Assembly: GCF_964204645.1 (NCBI RefSeq) | Contig: NC_134029.1 | Span: forward strand, 24,484,950-24,548,949 | Origin: Tubulanus polymorphus | Taxonomy: Eukaryota > Animalia > Nemertea | Direction: 5' to 3' | DNA length: 64,000 nt | In this document: positions 1 to 13,100 of the stretch, piece by piece | How positions within the stretch are numbered: the stretch's first letter is position 1 | Layout of the letters: every line of letters starts with the position of its first letter | Program-made: the position numbers and the translations under genes | Notes under the pieces: generated by a model | Databases searched by the model: none | The model's input: the letters and a program-made list of their open reading frames with translations, nothing else | Told to the model about the DNA's origin: nothing

Positions 1-588
1 ATCATGCGCAATCGTATTTATCTCAACAAAAATCGCAGATATAATGAAATATATGACAGTTTTATGTGTCAACAGTCGATCTACTACACGCATCGTTCCC
101 AGCAACAAGTAACAAAAGCTGCGAAAACATTTTTACAAGATATATTTCCTTCTGTAATGATTGTAATATTATCAGTGTTAACTGCTGCATTACGCAATAA
201 GAGATCTGAGCTGAGAGCGAAGAGAACAGATCGTCATCAATCTTCAGCCAGTAAAACTCTTCTCGTTGTAGTTATTGTGTATATTTTACTAGTTTTCCCG
301 CACGCTGCAGCTAAATGCATTTACAACTTATTCTCCTTGATTGGACCAGTGCTTTATAGAAATCATGGAATGAAACTCAATTCCAGTTCCATAAATCCTC
401 ATTTGCAATTCTTTCTTGTACATTTATGGGCTGGGTTAGAGAGATTTCTGCGAGTATTTCGAGAATTTGTTTTCTGCGTTAATTTCTTCATATACATCGG
501 AACATTGAAAGTTTTCAGGAATGAATTCATCAAATTATTTACTGATTGTTTTTGTTGTAAAATGAAATCAAAACGACACAAAATATAA
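1..588 (+). CDS. Class A (rhodopsin-like) GPCR, FMRFamide-receptor-like/orphan chemoreceptor-like; 5'-truncated by the window (ECL2 to C-terminus)
   Basis: Open frame with TM5-TM7 hydrophobic segments, TM7 NFFIY (NPxxY-like), helix 8 FRNEF and C-terminal Cys cluster. Clearly paralogous to 4248-5468. Confidence 0.85.
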   Translation: MMRNRIYLNKNRRYNEIYDSFMCQQSIYYTHRSQQQVTKAAKTFLQDIFPSVMIVILSVLTAALRNKRSELRAKRTDRHQSSASKTLLVVVIVYILLVFPHAAAKCIYNLFSLIGPVLYRNHGMKLNSSSINPHLQFFLVHLWAGLERFLRVFREFVFCVNFFIYIGTLKVFRNEFIKLFTDCFCCKMKSKRHKI

Positions 589-947
589 CGAGTAAATGTT
601 CCATTACGAACCCGGATCTGGACTTAGTTTTGTTACGTCCTATAATATACGAGTTTTATTTCGTTAATGTTAATTTGTTAAACCTCTGCTCCACGGTAAG
701 TTATGAGTTATGATTGACTCTGAGTTAAGTCATCGACAATGAACTGATTTCACTTTCTCGTTCGGACGGAAATTTATTGATGATAATTAATAGATATATA
801 ATTTATTAAGTATAGTTTCTATCAATTTCCAATAAAGCCATTTTCTGTTGCATCGATTCAGACTCTTCCGATCTTCAGTTTTTCCATTTCACGCATCATT
901 TGGCAAACTGCGCACGAGTGACACCAATATAAGCAACGCATATCCAG

Positions 948-1088
948 GGGCCAGCTGTTGCACAGTCGTGACTTAAGTCCAAAAGTGGTCTTAATTCTTA
1001 AGACAGGTCTTAAGTTGTTAGATTGGCAATAGGACTAAGTTGGTCTTAGACTGGTCTTAAGTCTAAGCCATGACTATGCAACCGGCCC
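948..1088. mobile_element. Harbinger/PIF-like MITE, family A copy 1
   Basis: ~30-nt imperfect TIRs (gggccag..tgcacagtcgtgacttaag / ctaagccatgactatgcaaccggccc), flanks CAG/CTG. Inverted near-copy at 14209-14352. Confidence 0.65.
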
Positions 1089-1145
1089 CTGGAGGATAGA
1101 ACCTTTAATGTTGTATTTTGTTGTATTTTAACGCGGAGTTAAATC

Positions 1146-3538
1146 CTATGTCACAAACGTAGAACTGGATCCTGGATTGTACTCAGATTCTCGACGACTT
1201 ATCGCTTGATAATGACAAACACATCCTGGTAAAACTAACAGAACACTTATAAACACCAATACAGCGCAGTAATAGAACGATACAGCATAGTCGACAGTGC
1301 GGTCGTATATCCAACCTGAAATAGAAATTAACATATATAACTGAGATATACTTTAGTAAGTTGTTGAATTACGAAAATTTCACTCTCAAGCCCATCGCAC
1401 ACGATACAAGGAAATATGTAAACAGGATGCAGACATGTTTTCGTGTTTCCGTGCGTCGTGTGCGTTGGGTTCAGGCAACACTGTTTTTACAAGTTGAAAT
1501 ATATATTACTGCATTCACAATTTCAAATGGAAAGTAGATATCTTAATCTGCTGTTATAAGTGCTTAATGGGATTCCATCCGAATTACCTGCCATAGGAGC
1601 ACCGAATAAAAATCCGATTCCACCGAAAAACATACTATACGCGTATGACATGAATAGATAATCGCTTCCAAATAAATCCATTAAAACTAAAGCGTGTAAA
1701 CATCCGAGGGCTGATAGTGAAAACCCAATAGCTGCGCAGATTGCCACGGCTGCCGTGTAGCCGTTTAAATTGGGTATTAGACACACCTCGACCCCGAGTA
1801 ATGTGTTCAGAATAAGATACAAGGTGAATGTATCTATTCGGGGATGTTTGGTCGTCAATGAAACGATGACGCGCCCGATTAGATTAGCTATTGCTATTGC
1901 CGATAAAGTAAATCTCGCCTGTTCTCGCGATATTTCTAACAGAACTTCAGATCCGGATACGATGTGTACATATATTGTAGATATTGCCGCGTGGACGATC
2001 GAAGACTGTAAAACAAACATCACAAACGTTTTCCGTTTAAAAAGATCTAACTGATGAAGGTCACGAAATCGTTTCGATTTTTCGCCATTTTTGATCGGTT
2101 TGTCTTGATTTTCCTCGTGTTCTGGAAGTGGTTTATTTGACCAGTGACGGAACAGAAGTCCTAGAGCGCACTGTTGAGACGCGATACCACCGATAATCAA
2201 ACAGCATCCGCGCCAACCGTACTGCTTCAAACAGTAGTTTATGATAAACGGAAAAATGAAATTTCCCCCTGAAGAACTCGCAGTTTTTATCGCTTGTACA
2301 ACTGCAGCCTGTTGACGGAATCTAGGAACCCAAAGTACTGATATGGACAGTGACACCACATCCTGTAAAGTAAAGAATAACCAAATTATACATTTTCAGA
2401 CGAACTATTTGGAGTAAAATAGGATTCTACTCGGCACAAACCTGCAATCACGCGTAGCGCTAAAGCGAGGTAGAAATTATACACAAATGACGTCACAGTT
2501 ATTGCCGAGGCGTTGATTATTGAAGCGATGACGAAAACTTTCCGAAAACCGAATCTCTTCATCATCAAACCCGCAATTGGACCTGACAAAGATAAACAGT
2601 TTTTTAGAACGATTTGACACTGGATGAAAAGATAATGTGTTACACCTCGTGTTTGCCGTTATAATCTATTTTCCAACATGGAGATAGAGACTAATTGACG
2701 TACAAAGGATAATCTGAGGACCTTCGAGGGAGAGGGGTGGTCTGTCATGCTGTATAACATTCACTGTACCGAGTCACGTGGATTCGACAGACCTGCTTTC
2801 TGCTGACATTGTGGCCGTGGTCCCGTGTTATGTGAGGTTTTACAATCGAATAGTCTTGGGCGACTAAGATCCCGTATAATAGCCAGAATTTTGAAAGCGG
2901 CGTCCTTGAATTATGGGAAGGAGACTTTTGACATGTTCTGTATCTTCGAAAAGCAAGCACCGCAGTTGGTATCCCCTTGAAAATCTCTTTAAAACTATTC
3001 CCGAAGCATCTCGTGAATTTACTCACACTCAAACTTGGGTCATCGTAGTCGCGCCGTATTGTGTTTCTGTTACTAATACCAGGGAAGCACTTCCCTGCTA
3101 ATACTAATACTGTTAGGACATTCTTTTTGAAATGCTACCAGAACATGTCACAATTTGAATCAAGAAAATTGAAGGGCACTTTCTAAAAAGGGGCGTTCGT
3201 TCGAACAGATAAACCCTCTTGGCTACAGGCCTGGATCTGAGTAATATCATGACCTACGCATTGCGTTTGCCGAGCAACATGGCGACTATAGTGTGAGGTG
3301 GAAAATGGCCGCTATTTCGAAACTTACCTCCGCAAAACCCAATTCCTAACACGACTGTACCGAGCCATGCTGTATCACCGCTACCATGCAAGAAATAATC
3401 CATCCATTCCGCTACCAGAATACCATCGCCATAATTACCGCCGATTATACACGTAGAAATCGAACCAGCAATGATGCGAACCACCATTTCAAGCCTATTC
3501 GAATCAACATGATTTTTGCCCGAGTCGCTATCAGCCAT
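1146..3538 (-). CDS. Monocarboxylate transporter-like (SLC16/MFS) gene, 4 exons: 3538-3328, 2582-2442 (or 2431), 2362-1588, 1315-1146
   Basis: MCT-type motifs TAWLGTV, GPIAGLMMKRFGFRKV, YGWRGCCLIIGG, ANLIGRV, GAPMAG|WIYDRT..Y..SFY, with GT-AG introns at phase-1 Gly positions. The exon 2/3 junction has a phase problem (see findings). Confidence 0.8.
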
Positions 3539-3855
3539 TCTGTAATCGGGAAATCCAGGTTTCTACAGCTATCTACGATTACTAGATCATGCTAATAATC
3601 AATCAATGTATAAAGTAGTCAAGACACGGTATAGGCCTATACTTGACTTGATGCCACTGAGTCGTCCTAATGACATTAAGGGGGCCTACTGCCGAATCAC
3701 CGATAGTTCGATTCAGATTGATTGTAAAATTAGGTTGACCTGTATATTATGTAATGTTTGAATGATTTATTTGCTTCAACTTATTGAAATCTACGACGAC
3801 AGATATGCTATAAGGAAGCAAATACCCACTCGACACAACGGATGTTTGTGCCACC

Positions 3856-3975
3856 AATCGTTTCGACTTCTCGCTATTTTGAGCACTATCTTATGGTTTT
3901 CCTCGTGTTCTGGAAGGGGTTTATTTGACCAACCGTACTGTTTCAAACAGTAGTTTATGATGAACGAAAAAATAT
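3856..3975 (-). pseudogene. Internally deleted fragment of MCT exon 3
   Basis: Matches ~2067-2134 joined directly to ~2213-2256. It reads FIINYCLKQYGW|SNKPLPEHEEN, with the intervening TM segment deleted at a shared cca (Trp codon). Confidence 0.8.
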
Positions 3976-4247
3976 ATATAACCGTCAATAGAGTGTGTCG
4001 TTCGGAATCATCTTTTGAAGTTAGCAAATTCTCAAAATGTACGTATGATGTAAAAAAATATCTACAGTGAGAAGTTTGGATGATTATATAGTAGTTCATA
4101 TCGGAGCGAGTATCATGATCTATAATTTGTATCTCTACCAGTTTGCAGAGAGAAACGATCAGCCGCCGCGCTTACCGAATCATAACTGATCGAGAACAAT
4201 CGTTTGTGTCGTTGTCGAGGTATGAAGACTTAAGTTCTGTTCGTGTC

Positions 4248-5468
4248 ATGGATAATTTCACCACTATCACCACTACAACTCGTAGAATATACTGGACTGC
4301 TGTGAAGACACCGGATTATATCATAGCTTTCAGAAGATTTACCAACTTCATTTATAAATATAACAGAACATTCAAATACGTTTTCTTGCTTCCGCCGGGA
4401 AGTGTGTTTAACTTTCTGACCATAATTTTACTGATAAAGTGTCGCAGATATCAGTCAGTTCGTTACACGTTCCCTTATCTCATAACTCTGGCGTTTTCAG
4501 ATCAACTTGTCGTCTTGTTTCAGTTACGGGATTTTCCTGTCTATTTGAAAAAGTTTGTAACTTCTCGTCTGGGATTTTTTAGAGAATGTCGCACTTCTTT
4601 TCTGACATTCGCTAAACACAGTAAACTATGTCCATCACTTTACTATTTCTATTACTATTTCCACTATCTGCCCAGACGATTGTTTCCTTCGTGTATATTT
4701 CGGAACCTATTTTATAACCAGGCAATATCTGTATCAAACTACATAGTTATAGTGATTGCTATCGAGAGATTTGTTTCTATTCGTTTTCCTTTCTTTCACA
4801 TGAAACATTTCACCGTCACTCGGCGTAAAATTGCAGTAGTTTTTGTCATCGTCTGGGCGTATTTTATGAACTTGGATTCTGCAATTATGAACAGTCGTGT
4901 TTATCTCCGCAAAAATCGCAGATACAATGAAACATATGACGGATTCTCTTGCCAAGTTTCAATCTACTACACAAGTATGTCCCAGATCAACCAGATACAA
5001 GCTGTAAAAACATTTTTACTAGATCTATTTCCTTCTTTAATAATTGTAATATTATCAGTGTTAACTGCTGCATTACGCAATAAGAGATCTGAGATGAGAG
5101 CGAAGAGAACAGATCGTCATCAATCTTCAGCCAGTAAAACTCTTCTTGTTGTAGTTATTGTGTATATTTTACTAGTTTTCCCACAAGCTGCAGTTAAATG
5201 CATCTACCACACAATTATGTACTTTGAATCGGTAATTTATAGAAATCATGGAATCAGCATCGGTTCCATTTCATTTCCACATTTTACATTTTTTCTCAGT
5301 ACTTTATGGTTCGAGTTGGAAAAATTCCTACTAACATTTCGACAATTTGTGTTTTGCATTAATTTTTTTATATACATCGGAACATTGAAAGTTTTCAGAA
5401 ATCAATTCATTAAATTATTTACTGATTGTTTTTGTTGTAAAATAAAATCTAATCAGAAGGCTGTATGA
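4248..5468 (+). CDS. Intronless class A GPCR, FMRFamide-receptor-like/orphan chemoreceptor-like (likely start ATG 4248, MDNFTT)
   Basis: Seven hydrophobic segments: TM1 GSVFN, TM2 LAFSD, TM3 AIERFVSIRFPF (DRY-like), TM7 NFFIY. N-terminal NFT sequon. Confidence 0.9.
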   Translation: MDNFTTITTTTRRIYWTAVKTPDYIIAFRRFTNFIYKYNRTFKYVFLLPPGSVFNFLTIILLIKCRRYQSVRYTFPYLITLAFSDQLVVLFQLRDFPVYLKKFVTSRLGFFRECRTSFLTFAKHSKLCPSLYYFYYYFHYLPRRLFPSCIFRNLFYNQAISVSNYIVIVIAIERFVSIRFPFFHMKHFTVTRRKIAVVFVIVWAYFMNLDSAIMNSRVYLRKNRRYNETYDGFSCQVSIYYTSMSQINQIQAVKTFLLDLFPSLIIVILSVLTAALRNKRSEMRAKRTDRHQSSASKTLLVVVIVYILLVFPQAAVKCIYHTIMYFESVIYRNHGISIGSISFPHFTFFLSTLWFELEKFLLTFRQFVFCINFFIYIGTLKVFRNQFIKLFTDCFCCKIKSNQKAV

Positions 5469-5639
5469 ATTCTAATTCCCAGAAAAATGGTCCCAAGACT
5501 AACAAAAACTGAAATATATTTCAACAATATAAAATCTTTTATTTAACAAAACTATTGCATAAATTATCACCAATTATCATAAATCATCATAAATTATATA
5601 CGGCCATTTGTTCTATTCGTTTTTGTTGTCGGAATGAAT

Positions 5640-8600
5640 TTAGATTTGTAGAAAACCAGGAGAAATTCCAGGTTGTAGAGAATGTTTACCGCGTAATTCA
5701 GGACATAGTTCAATAAGGAATATCTCGAGAAGAACCTGAATAACGAAAATATGTGTGTGAAAACTAACGTAAAAGGTCGTTTTTACGATCGAAGTTTAAA
5801 TGCTGAAAATTCACTGATATTTACGTAGAAAAACTGTTTATTTAGTCGTTCATCTTGAAGACATTCAAACATCTTTATAATTCCAAACTGAGCTGTCTTT
5901 TCACCGACTAAACTTTTAATAAATTCTGTAAAATGAGAAATAAAAATTCAGAGAAGATTCAAGGGTCAGACACGATGTAAAATTCCACACTGAGAGAATA
6001 GAAAGTCTGAAATGTGTCATTGAGTAAAAAGTTTATCCAAGGTTACCGATTTATCCTCATACATGTAGTATTCCTGAAGATGAAAATTAGGATATAGTCG
6101 AAACGTCGAATAAAACTACTAGCTCATTGACATGTCACATTTCACACTCTTTTTATCCTTAGTGTGGGATTCTATATTATCATCTTTAAAACAATGGTTA
6201 AATAGTTTCTTCAATGGTAAATGACCGATAACAGCAAAGTTCTGGAGTTGTTATATTACCTGTTATACTCAGAATCAATTTCTCTTTTGCTAAAAGTCTT
6301 GTTTGTAGTTTTTCGGTATCGTTTCGAACTGGAGCAGAATCGGCGAGTTTTCCCTCGGGCCAAAACGAATCACGAAAATTCTGCATGTAATAAATCAACA
6401 TCGGTTCCGAAAATATCCACGTGACTGTCTCATGTAGCTGTCTGTAATTAGATCATCATTAAACTGTAACAAAACACTGAAGAAACATCACTCATATTAC
6501 ACTGAGCGCACGTATTGAAAATGTAGGGCCCACAGACTTCAGTCCTTAAGTGGTCTTAAATCTTAAAACTGATCTTAAGTTGTAAGATTGTTTTTAAGAA
6601 CCAGAATTAGCTTAGACTGGTCTTAAGATGTTAGATTGGCTATAGAAACCGAAATGAGCTCAGTCTGGTGTAAACAATCCTTCTCTGTGTAAATGAGTCC
6701 TCGGGATGGTTGACTATAATGATTTGTAACCATCTATAAACTCGAAAGATTAAGAAGAAACGTGAAATACAAATGATTTCTTCAAACCCCTGAATGTGAA
6801 ACATGTGATATTTACTTGTTGATTGTTCGGCCAAAAGTCACTTGAACGAAAGCCATTAAAGTTCTGCGTAACAACTTAAAAACTCCTTTCAATTCAAATA
6901 TTTCACCGATCAATGAATAAAGAGGTTCCGCAATCGAATCTTTCAGCACATCCTCTTTATTACTAGAAAATAGAAAAATAATATCAGCACCAATCGTAGC
7001 CTCTCATTTATAAATACAACAGCAAATAATAACGTCTAAAATCTTACCCTTCTTCATCGTACATGATTAACTCCTCTTCACTGTCGCTAGCACCAAGACT
7101 GTAAACATAATCATATCATATCACATTAAACTGAGCTGTCTGAATTGGGAGAAAGAAAGAGAGTTGAGGATATGTTATTTCATATTGTGGCTCCAGTAAC
7201 GTCCTCCAAACCACCAGCATTATTACCCTGGGCTTGGTTTCATAGAGGTGGAAGAAAGATAGTCCCTTGGAACATTTTGAAATTTGTCAGTTATAACCAT
7301 GGTTTCTCATTGTTATTATGGTGGTTGTCACCCAAATTGAGGATTTACCCCTAGGGATAACTTTCATACTCAGTCTATTAAACCGGGCCCAGAATAAAAG
7401 CTGCTGAAATCGACAGATTTGGGAGGATAAACATACTTTTTTAAAATACTCGTGATAGAGAATTTTTTCTTGTCGCTGTTGATTCGAGATTGTTTTAAAT
7501 GTTCAGGACTCGGACTCAGGAATGTATACAATGATTCACTTTGCGCCATTCTATCATCTTTCATTACAACCTACAAATATATATATATATATATATAAAC
7601 AATACCATACCGCTGCCCTTGCAGCCCACTGCCCATAGGGCCTCCTACCTGCATAGTCGACTGTCTGTACTACAGCCTGTTACCCATACAGCCCGCTGCT
7701 CGTACAGCCCACTGCCTAGCCCCGCTTTCAAAAGTATAACCAGCTACCTGTACAGCTCACTGCCCCTACAGCCCTCTGGCCCCACAGATGTCTAGCCCCA
7801 CAGCCGTCTGGCCCCACAGCTGTCTGGCCCCACAGCTGTCTGGCCCTGTGCTGCCCACTATTGCCCGTACAACCCGCTAACAGTATAACCAGCTGCCCCT
7901 ACAGCCCTCTGGCCCGACAGTGGTCTGGTCCCACAGCTGTCTGGCCCTGTACTGCCCACTATTGCCCGTACAACCCGCTAACAGTATAACCAGCTACCTG
8001 TACAGCTCACTGCCCCTACAGCCCTCTGGCCCGACAGTCGTCTGGCCCCACAGCTGTCTGGTCCCACAGCTGTCTGGTCCCACAGCTGTCTGGCCCCACA
8101 GCTGTCTGGCCCTGTACTGCCCGCTATCGCCTGTACAACCTGGTTTACTCTGCCATTGAATGTATAAGGATTATGAATGTTACTCACCTCGAGATAAGCT
8201 CCTAAAGCTACTTTACATTTTTCGAGAAATTTTTCATCGATCGAACGGAATTTTCTCAACGAGGGCAACGGTTTCTTACGTAACCACGAACAAATCTATA
8301 AAACAAAATGAATCAACTGTATCACCAGGGAAACACAATGAATCAACTGTATCACCAGGGAAACACAATGAATTAACTGTATCACCAGGGAAACACAATG
8401 AATCAACTGTATCACCAGGGTTTCCAGTGGTAAGGCCAGGGTAAAAAGAAGTACTAAGAAGGACTTTTTCCGCTATTTTAACGCCAAAAGGAGGGACTTT
8501 TTTGCTCGGAAAGAAGTAATTTCCATTATAATGAAGGCCCATAAGGGAGCATTTTCACAATGCCTTTGCCGGAATACTCGTCATGTGGACCAGTTATACA

Positions 8601-10114
8601 TGTCAGGGTAATTCCATAACACTTTCCTGTATATTCAATATTACTGATAACTGAATTACCAGTCCTGAGTAAGAAAATACTTCAACAGTCGAATTCACGA
8701 TAAAATTGCGCGCAGAAAATACATAAAAATCAAATTTCAATCAAATCGAGTTTTTCATAAAAAGGAAGGACTAAGAGTCAAAAAGAAGGACAAAGATGAT
8801 GTTTGTCCAAACTTTTTCCAAAAGAAGGACTTGGAAACCACTTTCATATAGGATAAATTTAGAACAGAGTTTACCTGTACTAGACTATTGTGTAAACGGT
8901 AGAATTGTTGTAAAGTACGCGATATAACCCAACCATGAATTCCACATTCTCTATCGACCTGTTCGGTATCTCGGTGATAAATAACAATAGTGAAATACGG
9001 TAGATCTCGACCGGTTTCATCATCGTGGATTACCTATTGAATATATATACACATACGTATTAAATCCACATGGATTATCTACACGGATTATCCACATGGA
9101 TTATCTACACGGATTATCCACATGGATTATCTACACAGATTATCCACATGGATTATATAGTTAAACTCGCTTAAGTCGTCTGTAGTTTTTAAACTCAGAA
9201 ATTTGTATTTCCAATTCAATATTCTAAGTGTTAGTCATGAACACAATGATAACATAACATAACATAATAAGTATCATACCGATGCACTGTCCATTCTAGT
9301 CCTCCACATACCGACATTCTCACACCAAACTGACGTTCGTTCAATATGAAACTGTAATTGTTGTTTTTCTTGTTTCAATAATTCCAGTTCGCGAGACACG
9401 TCCTCTTGTATTTTCATCGTCTGTTCAGAGAAATATATTCATTAATCGATAAAACCATAGAACTGTAAGAAGTGAATACAGTTCTTAGAAGAAACATGGA
9501 AGACCTTGGACTGTAGTTTGGCTGGTAGGAAAACTCTGATAGTTCTAACCTTACTTACTGGCGTAGGTTAACAACAGTTTACTTAAGCATGGTAAGCACT
9601 ATCCCCAAGGGTCAGTCGTTCAATAAAATTACAACTTAAATCAACTTTTGAACAATGTGAGGGTTCAGTTCCTGTGGTCTAGGATTTAGTTTAACAGTTC
9701 TGTCAGTTGAATTGAACTAAAACTTCATTTCCGATAGTCAGGATTATAGGATTAAAGGATTACCACTGACCTTTGGATCAGCCTTCATAGTTCTGCGTAA
9801 TCCTTCTAAAGCGTGAATCTTATTCTGTATTTTCTCGTCTAATATTTCCAGTTTTTTACTCGCGTAATTTGACTGTAATTCGCGGAATGACGTCTCCGTA
9901 CACAACAATGTCTGATCGCCCCTCACAACTGATTTCTCTAGAACTGAATCGATCCACGGCACCTCCGATAATTCATCGTCTATATCCTCATCATCGCTAT
10001 GGTTACGGATATACTGATAGTAGATATCACCGACAATGAATGATGGGTAATTGTGTTCCTCTAGTTGTTGGTAAATTATGTTTTGCGCGTCGTAAAATGC
10101 TTGAGGGCCCTGCA

Positions 10115-10155
<41 letters not shown>

Positions 10156-13100
10156 GAAAAGAGTGAGAGATGGCAAGAGGGATAGAGGGAGAGAGAGAGA
10201 GGAAAAGAATGAGAGAAATGGAAGAGAGACGGGAGGGAGAGAGATAGAGTGAAAGGGAGAGAGGAAGAGAGAGATGGGATAGGGAGCAAGAGGGGGAGGT
10301 AGAGAGAAAGGGAGGGGGAGAGAGAGAAGGAGAGGTAGATTGTTATATCCAGACAGTAATGAATAAAGCAATGAAACTCTCCCCCCACCCCACCCCTAGG
10401 TTACCACTGACTTACTGAATCTCCAGTTAAAAAAGTTTCCATTCCTTTGATTAGAGTTCTATCTAGTTTGACAGCGGTGCTCGGACTAGCTATATACATC
10501 TGATAGATTTCACCAGCGACGTGATGTCGTAATGACTGAAATACAAACATCAGCATTCATCATGTTTCAACTGTGAGAATAAAATCTACTGAATTCTTAA
10601 ATACCGATCGCAAACCTTATCTGTTTGTTTCAAATTTTCAACACCGAGCCAAAATCTGAAATACAATTCATCATCAGAAAATTAGATATAAGTTGCTATT
10701 TTCTAAAGACGCACATAAAAAATTTAAATAAAACTATGACTAACATGAACTGGTAAATGAAGGTGGGGAAATTGGTAAAATGGAAATATTTCAAAATCAG
10801 AACTGGATGATTTTTATCATGAAATGAGGTCACAAACAACTTACCCCAATAACGATTCATTGCGTTCCTTTTTCAAATATTGCATGAAATAACTTTGAGC
10901 TCGAGGAGTTTCCATGATTACTTTAAACGACAGTACCTTCAATGATATACAATACAATAGATTACTACCAGTAATCCCTTCCCCAACCATCACAGTAACA
11001 TTTTCAATTTTATCAGTTATCTTTTCATCGTTTTCATTTACTCAAGTGAAAAATTCAACACCCATTTAGGCGCAGATCTGGGGGCTGGTGAGACTGATGT
11101 AACACCATACAACTTGTGTGTTAAACCAGGGAAGAATAATGAGTTGATTCACACTTCCCTGGTAAAACAAAGACACAATTATCCACCTGTCAGATCTAAC
11201 ACCCTGGACCCGGGATCCACAGTTGTGAGTTAGAGTTATAGTCAATTCATTTTCATGTTCTATTTCTAGAGTCAAATTTAACTCCTGATCTGTTCCCTGA
11301 ATCCTCGAATACTTACCATTTTACCGGGTAGTGATTTAGGTTGAGTTTTATTCGATTCTGTTGATTCTACGTTAGTAAAGTAATCAGGTCCGCCCAACTG
11401 TTCGATTCTCTTCTCACAATGAGTCTTACTCACTGTCAATTCATTTATATAACGTTTTAAATTCCTCGCTTTCAATAAATCGCCTTTCTTCGTTCCGCTA
11501 GATTTAAATTCTTTTTCTGTAAATTACACACGCAAGAGAATAAGGTTTAACCGGTAGCAGCAGACGTTACTAATTGACACAACTGTCACCAGGTATCTCT
11601 CTTACCTGTATTCATTCCTTTAGCTTTTTTGATATTGTTTATCGCAGTTGCTTGCATGATCTCAGACATTATATTATACCTGTCAAATATAATCATAAAA
11701 ACATTTCAAATATTTACATAAAACAAACAGGGGAAATTGCGGCGTAGAGGTTTAACCCTTTCAGTGCAAACCGCAGTGCGGTGTATAAATCAGTGATAGA
11801 TTTTGCTAGTACACCGCACCGCACATCATTATTGATGTGATTAGTAATTACTAATTATCTCTCTTGAAAGATGGCAGAACATGTCAAACATAGTGAAATA
11901 CTAGTAACTAACGATGCACCGCACCGCGGTGTAGATGCACTATAGTGGTATTCCCGTTATTCAACACACTAGGACGGAATTTTTTTAAATTTTCAAATTA
12001 TCTTAGGGTATTAATTAGTCAGCGCTGAAAGGGTTAACTTTAACACTGCCAGCTTGTAATACTGGATATTCTTACCTCATCTGTTTTAACATTTCTAAAT
12101 CGTGACATTGTTTAATCATCTTGACAAAATCCTCGTAACTCGCCGCGTATTGATAACGTTTCTTTGTATCATTCACTAATTTCTCTTTATAATTCAGATA
12201 ATTATAAAGTTGTTGATTGATATAGTCCGGATCACAGATCACATCAACCATCGGTTTCAAAACTAAAAACAAACAAAAAAACATAATCATTCACAATTTG
12301 CAAGTTTGCGTAGCTTTCAAGCTCTAAAACCGAGGACCTTTTACACAATCCTGGACCCAGTTCCACAATCCTGGACCCAGTTCCACAATCCTGGAGCCAG
12401 TTCCACAGTTCTGGATCCATTTCAGTCCTGGACCCAGTCCCACAGTCCTGGAGCCAGTTCCACAGTTCTGGATCCATTTCAGTCCTGAACCCAGTCCCAC
12501 ATTCCTGGAGCCATTCCACGTTTCTGGACCCAGTTCCACAGTTCTGGAGCTATTCCACGTTTCTGGACTCAGTCCCACAGTCTTGGTGGAGCCATTCCAC
12601 GTTTCTGGACCCAGTTCCACAGTTCTGGATCCAGTTTCTCGGTTAAAATTGACTGATCTCAACACAGAGTTAACTCAAACTCACAACTATCCTAGGTCCA
12701 CAGTATAAGTAGGTGCCATTCATAGAGTACTATCTTCGAGGTCACCGGGAGGGGGTCAAAATAGACCACTTCAATGAATCCTGTGAACATTATTCTTGAA
12801 ATGTAATAACTACATTTAGTTACCTTTCATAGCTATAATCTCTCTGAGTAAATGTCTCGATGTTGAACACGCGGCGTAATTAGACGGTAGAATATGAACT
12901 AATAAAACTTCAGTGAGTTTCCTGAGAAACTCGATCTCTCTCTGTTCATTCACTAACCACGGGTGAAGTAAGAACTTCGATTTAAAGCCACCTTTTGGTC
13001 TGCAGCAATTCAGTCATATGAAAATAAAATCATTTCAGGTATTTATTAATGAACATTGTTTTTTGGAAAACATCCTTGGAGTAAAGAGATAGTTTCAGCG

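Noticed and set aside
4143-4247. N-terminal extension of the GPCR from a TTG start
   Set aside because: TTG initiation is unlikely in an animal. ATG 4248 is followed by a typical glycosylated N-terminus.
12244-12665. ORFs with repeated WNW..CGTGS
   Set aside because: Translation of 20-bp minisatellite family C. The same peptides appear at 56446-56926.
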